From: Candidatus Poribacteria bacterium
GTDB taxonomy: Bacteria; Poribacteria; WGA-4E; WGA-3G
Direction of reading: 5' to 3'
NCBI GenBank assembly: GCA_965242965.1
Contig: OZ251518.1
Location: 2,048,001-2,112,000 of the forward strand
DNA length: 64,000 nt
The notes under the pieces were generated by a model. It was not told the origin of the DNA. It saw nothing but the letters and a program-made list of their open reading frames with translations, and made no database searches. Within the stretch, counting starts at the first letter, position 1. The number at the start of each line of letters is the position of its first letter. Below are positions 30,801 through 40,553 of the stretch, piece after piece. A program made the position numbers and the translations under genes.

Positions 30801-31631
30801 CTAGCCCGAAGCAAGCACGGCGTTCATCAGTTCTTCCCATCGGCCCTCAAATTTCGCGCCGAATTCGGCTTCGCCGCCGGTTGCAAGCGGGCCGCGGAGC
30901 ATCGGTTTCGTCGTGTTATGCTTCTCCCACAGTGCTTTCCCGCCGAAGTCATTGTGAAGGAAATGGAGGGCAACCCCCGCGCGCTCCTTATCCGAAAGGT
31001 TCGATCTGGTGCAGTGAGCCACGCCATAACAGAAGAACAACACGCCACCCGCCTTCAACTCAATAGGGACAGCGCGCTCTTCTGGCGCATCGCACCGAAT
31101 ATGATGGTCGCTCAGCGGGTCGCGGTAGTGTTCATAACTCTCGCGATGACTGCCGGGGATGACGTGCATGCACCCGTTCTCAACATTCGCATCATGGATG
31201 GCAATCCACATCGCCGTGCCGCGCAACGGGTCCGCGATTTTGAAATAGGCGTTGTCTTGATGCCAACTGGTGCCGACACCGATCTTCGGCGGCTTCCAAA
31301 ACGCCTGATCGAGCTCCAACATGAACTCATCGCCGATGAGCTGCTGCACAACCGAAATAACCTTCGGATGAAACGGGAGTGCCTTGTGCAAGTCGCTGCG
31401 GTTATTCAGCGGGATAACCTGCAGGTTCTGGCGCGAGCCCTCGTTGTCGCGCTGAGTGCCATCCTCTTGGACAGCGCAATTAATGCCGGTTCCCTGTTCA
31501 AGTTCGGTGTCGTATATCCGCTCCAATTCCAAGCGGAGTGCCTTCGCCTCAACGGGATTAAAGAATCCCTCAATCTTCAAGTATCCCTCTTCTCGGAAGT
31601 GGGCAAGTTGTGTATCAGTGAGTTGCATCAT
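30801..31631 (-). CDS. Phytanoyl-CoA dioxygenase (PhyH) family protein
   Basis: WHQDNAY (HxD), WIAIHDANVENGCMHVIPGSH, distal AHCT. Confidence 0.92.
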   Translation of the reverse strand: MMQLTDTQLAHFREEGYLKIEGFFNPVEAKALRLELERIYDTELEQGTGINCAVQEDGTQRDNEGSRQNLQVIPLNNRSDLHKALPFHPKVISVVQQLIGDEFMLELDQAFWKPPKIGVGTSWHQDNAYFKIADPLRGTAMWIAIHDANVENGCMHVIPGSHRESYEHYRDPLSDHHIRCDAPEERAVPIELKAGGVLFFCYGVAHCTRSNLSDKERAGVALHFLHNDFGGKALWEKHNTTKPMLRGPLATGGEAEFGAKFEGRWEELMNAVLASG

Positions 31632-31741
31632 GAAAATCCTATCAATTTTTTAAGTGATGGCAAGGCAAGGCAGAAATCGAGACAAGGAGGGCTCGCCTAC
31701 AAGCCAATGCCCGCGGTCTTTGTTACCTGTTACCTTAGGGT

Positions 31742-33136
31742 TTATACAGAAAGCGCGCACGGCACGATGATAGAATCTACCATACCGTGCAAAATTTTCT
31801 TATCGGCGGGACAAACAGCCGCCTGCATGCCGCCGAGTTTCACAGTATTCCCGGTGACGAAATAATAGGGCCGCAGCAACGGGCGGCACGCCATCTCTTG
31901 GACATCGCCCGCGTCAAAATCGTAATACTGCATTCGCACCCGCTTCGCCGTGTGAAACTTCTGTAGGACATGCGGGGTTCTCTCAAAATTGGCTAACCCG
32001 TTTTCGACAGCGGCTTCCCACTCTTCAGTAGGCAGATCATGTCCGATAGCCACGCCGCGGCTTCCCCATGCGAGTTCAGAAAATCCCGATGGCTTGATAA
32101 CCAATTCGCGTTGCTTCTGAGTGATGCTACTGAGCTGCCGCCAGTCTGTCACAGGGAGTCCATCAATATCCAGACCGGGGATAACGGCGTGCGGTGGTAA
32201 TGGCCGCGCGTCCAAAATCCACGTCTGTGGTATCACCTTTTGCAGGAACGGATAGGTTTTCTTGCCGAGTTGCCGTTTCCAAAACGGCTGTAGCGCGGGA
32301 TGATGGAACAGCGCGAGGCACAACTTCTCCTCAAGGTATGCCTTCGGCGGTGGAGTCATGACGATGGTGCGTTTCTTCGCGCCATAGAGCATCAACTCCG
32401 CCTTCGGAATGTTCGGCAAATCGAACAACTCGTAGAAGCGGTATAGCACGTCAATCCTAGCTTCATTGACATAGATGCTTTCTTCGGTGAAAATTATCTC
32501 GTTCGGTTTGACGGTGCACGTCGACACGCCTGCCTCACAGAGCGCGGTTTCAAGCCACTTCATCTCTGCCCAATAATCTGCCGATTCGTCCGAAACGACG
32601 ATGGCGAGACGAGGCTTCTCTTTTTTCGCGAGGGCCCGAATCATGTCGGCATACCCCTGCGCCATGCCGTCACTACCGCCGATAACGGAATAGCCGAGCT
32701 GCGCATACAGCCGTGACAGACAGCCTGTCACGCCGATGAAGCCCGGAATGGAGTCCAACTCCGTGATTGCCATTCCTTCAGCAGTGGGAAGGATATCGGG
32801 ACGAAGCACACCCGGTAGTTGACTCTTAAACCGGTTCATTCGTCCGTATTGGATAACCTGCTGAGGTTTGCCGATATCCAGATACTCGGCTACCCACGTA
32901 GGTTGGATGCCGCGCGCGCTCTGGGAGTAAAGCAGGTTGCACGCCCGATAAAAATTCAACAGGTGTCCGCCGAGCTCCTCAAACCACCGAACCTCTTCGG
33001 CAGAAACCCAGAACGGTTCCGGTGAGATGCGCCACGAAGTGTTACAATCGGGATGGACATCCCGCTTCTCCCCGGAAAACAGCCGTGCCTTCGGAATTTC
33101 GTCATTGATAAATAGACATTTCGTTTTTGTATCCAA
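31742..33136 (-). CDS. Hypothetical protein, circularly permuted ATP-grasp / glutathionylspermidine-synthase-like
   Basis: LRPDI...ITELDSIPG, IDVLYRFYE, EEKLCLA, LVIKPSG, WGSRGVAIG, HVLQKF resemble ATP-grasp ligase motifs. Confidence 0.6.
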   Translation of the reverse strand: MDTKTKCLFINDEIPKARLFSGEKRDVHPDCNTSWRISPEPFWVSAEEVRWFEELGGHLLNFYRACNLLYSQSARGIQPTWVAEYLDIGKPQQVIQYGRMNRFKSQLPGVLRPDILPTAEGMAITELDSIPGFIGVTGCLSRLYAQLGYSVIGGSDGMAQGYADMIRALAKKEKPRLAIVVSDESADYWAEMKWLETALCEAGVSTCTVKPNEIIFTEESIYVNEARIDVLYRFYELFDLPNIPKAELMLYGAKKRTIVMTPPPKAYLEEKLCLALFHHPALQPFWKRQLGKKTYPFLQKVIPQTWILDARPLPPHAVIPGLDIDGLPVTDWRQLSSITQKQRELVIKPSGFSELAWGSRGVAIGHDLPTEEWEAAVENGLANFERTPHVLQKFHTAKRVRMQYYDFDAGDVQEMACRPLLRPYYFVTGNTVKLGGMQAAVCPADKKILHGMVDSIIVPCALSV

Positions 33137-33165
33137 AATGTTTGTCCTATGATTCCATGAATAAC

Positions 33166-33429
33166 TGAGGATGTTTCATAACTCCGTTTCGGTAGTTATC
33201 CCCTTTGGGGAAGGACGAATACCAGAATCCATCGGGCCCACCTCTGTAGTTCGGGATCGCCCGATCCCGAACAGGTCAAGATCAGGCGATCTTGACCTAC
33301 AGGGGTAAGGCACTCTGACAGCCAAACGCATGGCGAGGGACAGGCCCTCGCCCTACGTGAAGGGCGGCATTTTTTCCCTATCGCGGGCCCCTGTCACCGC
33401 GACGTTGAGCGATTTATGAAACACCCTCA
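33166..33429. mobile_element. Putative MITE-like element with 15-bp imperfect terminal inverted repeats enclosing GTAG hairpins
   Basis: TGAGGATGTTTCATA ... TATGAAACACCCTCA; no ORF inside. Confidence 0.55.
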
Positions 33430-33502
33430 TATAACTGCCGGTAGCCGCGATTTGAAACCGCGCTGCCCGACGTGCGCGCCGCCAAAGCGCGACTACGAGC
33501 TC

Positions 33503-35092
33503 TCACTCTGACAGCGCGACCTGCTTCACCAGATCGATCTGCTTCGCCGCGGTTAGCGTTTGCAAAACATCCCTCGGCACCGGGCTATCGACGTTAATGA
33601 GCATCACGGCGATTTCTCCGAGGCGCGAACGCCCCACGGTCATATCGGCGATGTTAATACCCTGGTCTCCCAGAATCGTGCCGATGACACCAATCATCCC
33701 CGGCTGATCGCGGTTGTAAATGAGCAGGATATACCCTTCCGGCCGCGCGTTGATATGAAGTTGATCGATGCGCACGATGCGAATGTCCTTGCGGCCGAAA
33801 GCAGTGCCTTCGATTACCGAATCCCCCCTGTCCGTGGTCATCGTAATCGCGATGGAGTTGGCGAAGTTAGCACCCGAATCGCTCTTAGTCTCCGTGACAG
33901 GAATCCCGCGTTGCTTCATTAGAAACGGCGCGTTTACGTAGTTCACGTTCGTCAACACCGGTGAGAGCATCCCTTTTTGCAAGGCGACGGTTATCGGGGT
34001 TACGTCCTCTTTCTGAAAGAGTGCCCCGCTATAGTGAATTTTCGCCGCCGAGATTTGCCCTTCAACAATCTGCGTTTGGAAACTCCCGATTCTTTCGGCG
34101 AGTTCCAGATAGGGTCCCAAAATATCAAGCGTCCTCGGGTCGATTTTCGGTTGGTTCACGGCGTTGGCGACAGGGAGCCCGCGGAGCGCGTTCATCACCT
34201 GCTGTGCGACTTCCACAGCGACGTGCTCTTGCGCCTCTGTTGTTGATGCGCCGAGGTGCGGGAGAGCCAGCACGTTATCTAAATGCAACAGCGGTGTATC
34301 TGTTGCCGGTTCGTTTTCAAAAACATCTAGTGCGGCACCAGCGAGTTGTTTCGTTTTTAAGGCGCGATAGAGGGCATCTTCGTCAATGATACCGCCGCGG
34401 GCGCAGTTAATCAGACGGCACGTCGGCTTCATCATCGCAAATTCTGCCTCACCGATGCTATGATACGTTTCGGCGTTGAGATGCGTATGCACCGAAATAT
34501 AGTCCGCCTCCTGAAAAAGCCGCTCTCGTTCAACGATTTGGATGCCGATTTCCTCCGCCGCACTGGCTGAAACATAAGGATCGTGCGCGATTATCTGCAT
34601 GCCAAACGCTTGCGCACGGCGCGCGACTTCTCTGCCAATCCTACCGAGCCCGACGGTACCGAAAACTTTGCCGTATAACTCAACGCCGATGAACCGGTCG
34701 CGCTTCCACGTCCTATTTTTCAGGGAAATGCCGGCAGGCACGAGGTTGCGTGCCAACGCGAGCAGCATCGCGATAGTATGCTCCGCCGCGGCGATGGTAT
34801 TCCCCGTCGGCGTGTTAACGACGAGAATCCCGTTTTGCGTCGCCGCTTCCACATCAATATTATCCACGCCGACCCCGGCGCGGCCGATGACTTTGAGGCG
34901 CGGTGCAGCCGCAATAATCTCAGCTGTCACCTTTGTCGCACTTCGGATGAGTAGCGCGTGGTAATCCCCGATGCACGCAAGAAGTTCCTCATCGGTGAGA
35001 TTCAGCGCGACATCCACCGCAAAATCGCCGTCCTCTCGTAAAACGTCTAAACCTCGCTGTGACAGCAAATCGCTGACCAGCACCTTATTCAT
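33503..35092 (-). CDS. serA: D-3-phosphoglycerate dehydrogenase (long form with ACT domain)
   Basis: GRAGVGVDNID, NTIAAAEHT, GLGRIG, INCARGG, PHLGASTTEAQ, C-terminal DQPGMIG. Confidence 0.95.
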   Translation of the reverse strand: MNKVLVSDLLSQRGLDVLREDGDFAVDVALNLTDEELLACIGDYHALLIRSATKVTAEIIAAAPRLKVIGRAGVGVDNIDVEAATQNGILVVNTPTGNTIAAAEHTIAMLLALARNLVPAGISLKNRTWKRDRFIGVELYGKVFGTVGLGRIGREVARRAQAFGMQIIAHDPYVSASAAEEIGIQIVERERLFQEADYISVHTHLNAETYHSIGEAEFAMMKPTCRLINCARGGIIDEDALYRALKTKQLAGAALDVFENEPATDTPLLHLDNVLALPHLGASTTEAQEHVAVEVAQQVMNALRGLPVANAVNQPKIDPRTLDILGPYLELAERIGSFQTQIVEGQISAAKIHYSGALFQKEDVTPITVALQKGMLSPVLTNVNYVNAPFLMKQRGIPVTETKSDSGANFANSIAITMTTDRGDSVIEGTAFGRKDIRIVRIDQLHINARPEGYILLIYNRDQPGMIGVIGTILGDQGINIADMTVGRSRLGEIAVMLINVDSPVPRDVLQTLTAAKQIDLVKQVALSE

Positions 35093-35132
35093 AGGGCTAT
35101 TTCCTCCGCATTTGAACATTCCTTCTTTTTAA

Positions 35133-35204
35133 ATTATAACACGTTCATGCGTAGCTTGTCAAGAAAAATTTCCGTTTGACATATTTAGGTTGGTGTGATA
35201 CAAT
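35133..35204. promoter_or_regulatory. Divergent sigma70 promoter pair
   Basis: Minus: TTGACA-18-TATAAT (35162 to 35133) for serA; plus: TTGACA-17-TACAAT (35176-35204). Confidence 0.7.
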
Positions 35205-35296
35205 TGTAACATCTGCACTTTAACATCATAATGAAAAACCGATGGATGGGAAGCGTTCCAATGTGGAATTTCTCATCCAAACAGGAGGAAATTAAC

Positions 35297-35965
35297 GTGA
35301 ATAGAACTATTGCGATCAGCGTCTTCCTACTCGCTATCCTGATTGGATTCAGCGCGTTCGCGGGAACGCCTCAGGAATGGGGCAAGTGGAAGAAAGGCGA
35401 ACTGCTCCTTGAAAACCACAGCTTCGAGGAGGACATGGATGGAGGTTGGGATTTAGAGGACGGCGCGTGCTGTGACCGCGGCGGTTTGTATACCGTAGAG
35501 ATTGACAAGACGAACCCGCAACACGGAAAACATTCCCTCAAAGTCGTCGGGCACAAAGCCACCGGCACTGCCTGGCACGCCAAGATTAAGCAGTTGGATG
35601 TCTCAATGGAGGCAGGCGAGGAATACACGATTATTTTCTGGGCGCGCTCAGAAAAACCGCGCTTGGTGAGCATCAGTGTCCAAATGCAACATGATCCGTG
35701 GACGTTCTACCAAGGCGGCGACATCAACTTACTAGGACCCGAGTGGGAAGAGTATCACATCACTTTCAACGCCACAGCGGATGTGGAGCGCGATATGTGG
35801 GTAGGTTTGTCGATTGCCCAATCGGATACCGATTTCTGGATTGATAACTTCCGCTTCTTTGAAGGCGAACCGGAAGATGACCTGACGCGCGACGAACCTT
35901 TCGCCGTGGACGCGCACCAGAAATTGGCGACGCAATGGGGCGACCTGAAATCGGAACGGTTTTAA
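35297..35965 (+). CDS. Secreted carbohydrate-binding (CBM4/9-like) domain protein
   Basis: GTG after AGGAGG; signal peptide, NHSFE, GEEYTIIFWARS, WEEYHITF, FWIDNF; C-terminal KLATQWGDLK. Confidence 0.78.
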   Translation: MNRTIAISVFLLAILIGFSAFAGTPQEWGKWKKGELLLENHSFEEDMDGGWDLEDGACCDRGGLYTVEIDKTNPQHGKHSLKVVGHKATGTAWHAKIKQLDVSMEAGEEYTIIFWARSEKPRLVSISVQMQHDPWTFYQGGDINLLGPEWEEYHITFNATADVERDMWVGLSIAQSDTDFWIDNFRFFEGEPEDDLTRDEPFAVDAHQKLATQWGDLKSERF

Positions 35966-36009
35966 CGTTCGCCCTACTTACGCAGCAGGCCCCCAGAAGG
36001 AGAAATTCA

Positions 36010-36759
36010 ATGCAAACATTCAAATTTTCGCTGTTAGCCCTAGGCGTATTGCTGGCGGCAACGTTCACAGGTTGTGATTCACCGATTACTGTCGGATTGC
36101 TCCCTGCCCCGGATAGCAGCACTATCCACGTTAGTGGTAGCGGTTCTGTCACCGGTGAGCCAGATCTTGCGATGCTCCGTTTAGGGGTAAGCGTTGAGCG
36201 GAAGAGTGTCGCCGAGGCGCGTGAGGAAGCCGCTAGCGCGATGACAACCGTGTTGGAGTCATTGACAGCAAACGGTATTGCTGAAACCGACGTTCAGACG
36301 CAGGCATTCAGCATCCGTCCCGAATACGACTACGATTACGACCGGGATCCGGTGCAGATTCTGCGTGGGTATCGGGTGAGCAACGATGTCAGCGCGAAAG
36401 TGCGGGATTTGGAGACGCTCAGCCAGGTCATCGACGATGCAGCGGCAGCGGGCGGCAATGTCGTGCTTATCAATTCCATTCAATTTATGATTGAGGACAA
36501 CACGGCGTTAGCGACGCAGGCGCGTATCCTTGCTGTCAAAGATGCTGAGGCGAAGGCGCAGACTTTGGCAAAAGAGAGTGGTGTTACTCTCGGAAAACCT
36601 GTCGCCATTTCCGAGCAAACCAACACCGCCGCGCCGCCTATTGCTTTTGATAGGGCATTAGCGGCTGTTGCGGAGGACGCGAGTGCCACGGCAACACCGG
36701 TGCAGGCCGGTGAGCTCACCGTCACCGTGAACATCACGGTGGTCTATGAGATCGAATAG
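36010..36759 (+). CDS. SIMPL (DUF541) domain lipoprotein
   Basis: IHVSGSGSVTGEPDLA, AVKDAEAKAQTLA, GELTVTVNITVVY. Confidence 0.9.
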   Translation: MQTFKFSLLALGVLLAATFTGCDSPITVGLLPAPDSSTIHVSGSGSVTGEPDLAMLRLGVSVERKSVAEAREEAASAMTTVLESLTANGIAETDVQTQAFSIRPEYDYDYDRDPVQILRGYRVSNDVSAKVRDLETLSQVIDDAAAAGGNVVLINSIQFMIEDNTALATQARILAVKDAEAKAQTLAKESGVTLGKPVAISEQTNTAAPPIAFDRALAAVAEDASATATPVQAGELTVTVNITVVYEIE

Positions 36760-36783
36760 CACTGCTGCGCTAGCGATGTAGGG

Positions 36784-37505
36784 GAGGATGTTCATATCTT
36801 GATGGATTTCCGGTAGGAGAGACCTTCCGGTCTTGATGCAAGCGGTTTCCCCGTAAGAGAGACCTCCTGGTCTCGATTATCCCGTAGGGCTTTTCTCCAT
36901 CCGTAGCGCGGGGGGCCTCGGATGCCACACGCGCATCCGAGCGGGTTTCCCCCGCGAGCGTTGGGGTGCGCGTGCACGCACGATGGCGAGGGCCTGTCCC
37001 TCGCTCTACGGTAACGCACGCCGTTTTTTCGGACGCATCGTTTTAGGTCTTTTAGGACCTACATGTCTATAGAAAAACAGATCTACCACCGTTTTCAAGG
37101 TCCATTAGGACCTTAATAAAACCCGCGCGGACCTGGCAAAACCTATTAAGGACCTAAAGGACCTTAGAATTCTTCGTAGCCTCACGTACTATAGACATTA
37201 AGGTCCTACGGACCTAAGATACGTTTTTTTCGTAGCGCGGGGGACAGGCCCCCGCGATCGCCATCGTTCCGATGTGTGTTTCCGCTTCTGTAGTTTGTGA
37301 TCGCCTGATCACAAACGGTTCAGGATCAGGCGATCCTGAACTACAGAGGTGATGCGGTCTGACACCAAAACGCATGGCGAGGGACAGGCCCTCGCCCTAC
37401 GTGAAGGGGAAGCGTTTTTTTCACCGCAGCGCGGGGCCCTCGGATGCCACACGCGCATCCGAGCGGGTTTCACCGCGACGTTGAGCGCAATATGAAACAC
37501 TCTCA
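36784..37505. mobile_element. Repeat mosaic bounded by the same inverted termini as 33166-33429
   Basis: GAGGATGTTCATA at the left end, TATGAAACACTCTCA at the right end; internal GAGACC, CCTGT-loop, AGGTCC and GATC hairpins. Confidence 0.55.
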
Positions 37506-37529
37506 GGTAAGATAGGTCCGCCTGTTCCC

Positions 37530-38693
37530 TCACTGCTCATTTTTCAAAACAACAATCCGATTGCTGTTAGTGCCCTTCTTGTTATTGGAAACACCCCAGC
37601 AATTTGCTGTCTTCGTGAAGTGCTGCGAGTTAATCAGCAGCATCTCCGGCACCAAGCCAGCATCCATCGCCGCCCTAAGCACCTCATGCTCCAACGGGAG
37701 AGAGCCGTTTCGGATTTCGCCTACCTCAAACGCAATTCGGCCCCCGCGCCGCAAGACGCGCCGCAACTCAACAAACACGTCCCGCATCCGAGCACCCCAC
37801 GCCTCTAGCGACGTAAATTGCCACAGTTTGCGCGCGTCAACTTCTATGCCGCAAAACCACATCCGCAACCAATTGTCCTGCGCATAGTCAACCGTATCCA
37901 AAAACGGCGGCGATGTGACAACCAGATCTACTGATGCATCGGCGATTTGCGGTGTGTTATCAGCATTTTCAGTGAGCAACACGGGAACTTCATCCCGCCA
38001 AAAATGGGATGGCAGACTATGCCGCAATAACTGCTTGGATTTGCGGAGGATTAACGCCTTCGTATCCCGATACTCAGGCTGCTGCTGCCGTTTCGCATTA
38101 ATCTTTCGCTGCGCCGCAACCGAAGTCGCGAGATTCGGCGGCAACGTATAGACAGAGAAAAACCCTTTGGAATGTCCCGTCAGCCGACTACACGCCACCA
38201 TCTGTAACCATGCATCGACAGCGTCAAGTTGCGGAAACCGTTGGAAATAGGTGCGCCACCCGTAAATCTCCTGCAACGTCTTTTCATGGAAAAAGACGAG
38301 GAGTTCCGGATCGAGTTCGGCATCGGTAGACAGGTTAACTTCCTGCAACCGCGCTTCAACTTCTGTCAACGTCGGCGGATTCAAGCGCGGTTGTGTGAGG
38401 ACTTTGGACAGCGGGTTCACATCGTTGCCGATGACGCGATGCCCGTGCAACTGCGCCTCTATCAGCGTTGTCCCGCGCCCCATAAACGCATCATAGACGA
38501 CAGCATCGGGTTTGCAGAATTTCTGAATAAAATATGCGGGTAACTGCGGTTTGAAACAGGCGCGATAAGAGATTTCATGGAGTGAATGCCCGGCGCGCTG
38601 CTTCGCTGTCCAAAACTCGCCTTCGTGGGTTGGGATGTGGACTGAGTAGGTGTGAGGGTTGTGAAAATCAAGTGCCAATTGCATCGTCGCCAT
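37530..38693 (-). CDS. Site-specific DNA methyltransferase (SPPF-type, possibly N4-cytosine)
   Basis: YDAFMGRGTT motif I before VVTSPPF motif IV. Confidence 0.85.
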   Translation of the reverse strand: MATMQLALDFHNPHTYSVHIPTHEGEFWTAKQRAGHSLHEISYRACFKPQLPAYFIQKFCKPDAVVYDAFMGRGTTLIEAQLHGHRVIGNDVNPLSKVLTQPRLNPPTLTEVEARLQEVNLSTDAELDPELLVFFHEKTLQEIYGWRTYFQRFPQLDAVDAWLQMVACSRLTGHSKGFFSVYTLPPNLATSVAAQRKINAKRQQQPEYRDTKALILRKSKQLLRHSLPSHFWRDEVPVLLTENADNTPQIADASVDLVVTSPPFLDTVDYAQDNWLRMWFCGIEVDARKLWQFTSLEAWGARMRDVFVELRRVLRRGGRIAFEVGEIRNGSLPLEHEVLRAAMDAGLVPEMLLINSQHFTKTANCWGVSNNKKGTNSNRIVVLKNEQ

Positions 38694-38732
38694 GAATGAT
38701 GTCCCTTCATCAAGATGAGACTCTTTGGACGG

Positions 38733-39605
38733 TTAGGAACCGTTCTGCACTAAACCCGTTGGCAGATGAGTTTGGAAAACAAGAAAATTTCCGTTAAAAT
38801 GGTGTTGAAGGTTGAAAATTTCCAGTTGTGAAAATAGATTTGAGCATTCCATTTCCTCAAAAGCAATCTCCATCTTATTTTTCTCTTGATCTAGAGCTCC
38901 ACTGCTGTGACATGGGACAGCAAAGTTCAACGTGTTATTACCGATTTGAGGATACTGATTCGGGTTCAAAATATTCGCGCCCGCTTTCACCTCGGTCATA
39001 ATACGGAAACGTAGCCGTACAGATGCATCTTCAATGTTCCTCGTTCTACTGAAAGTTTGCTGTTCACTGAATAGAGCCAACAACTTCTGTTTTAAAGAAG
39101 GCGACAAAGACTCGCCGAGTTCATTTAGCCGTTCCTCTAAGGCTTGACCAAACGACTCCGAAATCAGTGTTGAAACAGGAACTGTCTCAAAAAATTTCCC
39201 ATGTGTCAAAGCGACTTTTACGTCCGGCTCTCTTTTTCCACGAATCAGATAGAAAACCTGACGAATTGGCAGGGAAAGAATCTCGTTACCTGCGTCTTGC
39301 ATCTGTGTGCGAATGATGTTTTCAGTTCCCTCAATTAACTTCCGGATATCCTTTTCGCCGGTCGGAATCGTTGAATTAAAGGAAGCCACCGAATAGGATT
39401 TGCTATCCTTGAGTTCAATCAACTCTCCACCGCTAAAGAGACTATTACTGGGATTGAGTTTGATGGCCAGATCGGGAAAACGCCCTCTGTTGACGCAAGA
39501 TAACATCCTCTCATCAAAGGGAAAGGTATCAAGCGGATTCGCAGATAAGAGTTCTTCTGTGTTTAAACAGAGGTGGGCGAAAAAGTGGTAAATTGAGTGA
39601 GCCAT
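38733..39605 (-). CDS. Putative type II restriction endonuclease
   Basis: FPDLAI...ELIELKDS PD-(D/E)XK-like motif, AT-richer sequence, lies between two MTases. Confidence 0.55.
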   Translation of the reverse strand: MAHSIYHFFAHLCLNTEELLSANPLDTFPFDERMLSCVNRGRFPDLAIKLNPSNSLFSGGELIELKDSKSYSVASFNSTIPTGEKDIRKLIEGTENIIRTQMQDAGNEILSLPIRQVFYLIRGKREPDVKVALTHGKFFETVPVSTLISESFGQALEERLNELGESLSPSLKQKLLALFSEQQTFSRTRNIEDASVRLRFRIMTEVKAGANILNPNQYPQIGNNTLNFAVPCHSSGALDQEKNKMEIAFEEMECSNLFSQLEIFNLQHHFNGNFLVFQTHLPTGLVQNGS

Positions 39606-40553
39606 CTATTGCTTTCCCTCAAAAAGTGCTATCTGTTTGGAAACAGTTGAACTCGGACGCGATTCCGTTGTCCCCCAAATCTTTGCCAAGTCTGGAGTGC
39701 AGATGTAGTCGTTAAAAAAGCGCGAAATATCATCGGCTTTTCGCTGTTCCATAATCCGATTCCGGATGAGCTCCACGTTGAACGCATCCAACTCAACACC
39801 GATCGATTTTCGCCCCAGTTGTTCGGCGACAACCAGCGTTGTCCCCGAACCAGCAAACGGATCGAGGACGACATCGCCCGGGTTTGTCGATGAGAGGAGG
39901 ATCCGCAGCAGGAGTTGAATCGGTGCCTGCTGCTTGTGCAGGCGATTGCCCTCGGCATCGCGCAACGCCTCATCGCCAGCAAAATAGCCCGATGTCAACT
40001 CACGGATATCGTCCCACACGTCGGTGACGAACACGCCGTTTTGCCGGGCATGTTTGTAGCCAGCGGGCAACGGCGGATCGATGCGCAGCCGATGGAAGAC
40101 ACGCGGCGTTTTCCCCTTCGTCCCGAACGCGATGACCTGGTAGTGTTTCCCAAACCGCTTCATCCCCGGCACCGCCGAGGTCTTCTTCTTCCAGATGAGG
40201 AGGTTCTGGAACGTCCACCCGGCTTCCCGCAAACAGCGCAGCACGAATTCGCTATTCTTCTCACGTTGCATGAAATAGAGCGCGCCGCCGTCAGAAGTGA
40301 GCGCGTAAATCTTCGCGCACACATCGCGCATCCACGCCCAATATTCCGCCATCGGCATGTTATCATCCCACGCGTTGTATGCCTTGTCCTGATTGAACGG
40401 CGGATCGAGAAACGTCGCGTCTATTTGAGACGCAAGGCCGTTTCCAGCCAAGGCAGTCGTGCAATTGGCCTCTAGCACAAAGCAGTGTGAGGTGAGTAAA
40501 TGTTTCATAAAAAATGCCGATGCGTGCGGCGAACTCAGGATGGACGCTGGCAC
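39606..40553 (-). CDS. Site-specific DNA methyltransferase (beta class)
   Basis: FLDPPFN motif IV, DVWDD, VLDPFAGSGTT motif I; alternative start ATG 40508. Confidence 0.88.
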   Translation of the reverse strand: MPASILSSPHASAFFMKHLLTSHCFVLEANCTTALAGNGLASQIDATFLDPPFNQDKAYNAWDDNMPMAEYWAWMRDVCAKIYALTSDGGALYFMQREKNSEFVLRCLREAGWTFQNLLIWKKKTSAVPGMKRFGKHYQVIAFGTKGKTPRVFHRLRIDPPLPAGYKHARQNGVFVTDVWDDIRELTSGYFAGDEALRDAEGNRLHKQQAPIQLLLRILLSSTNPGDVVLDPFAGSGTTLVVAEQLGRKSIGVELDAFNVELIRNRIMEQRKADDISRFFNDYICTPDLAKIWGTTESRPSSTVSKQIALFEGKQ

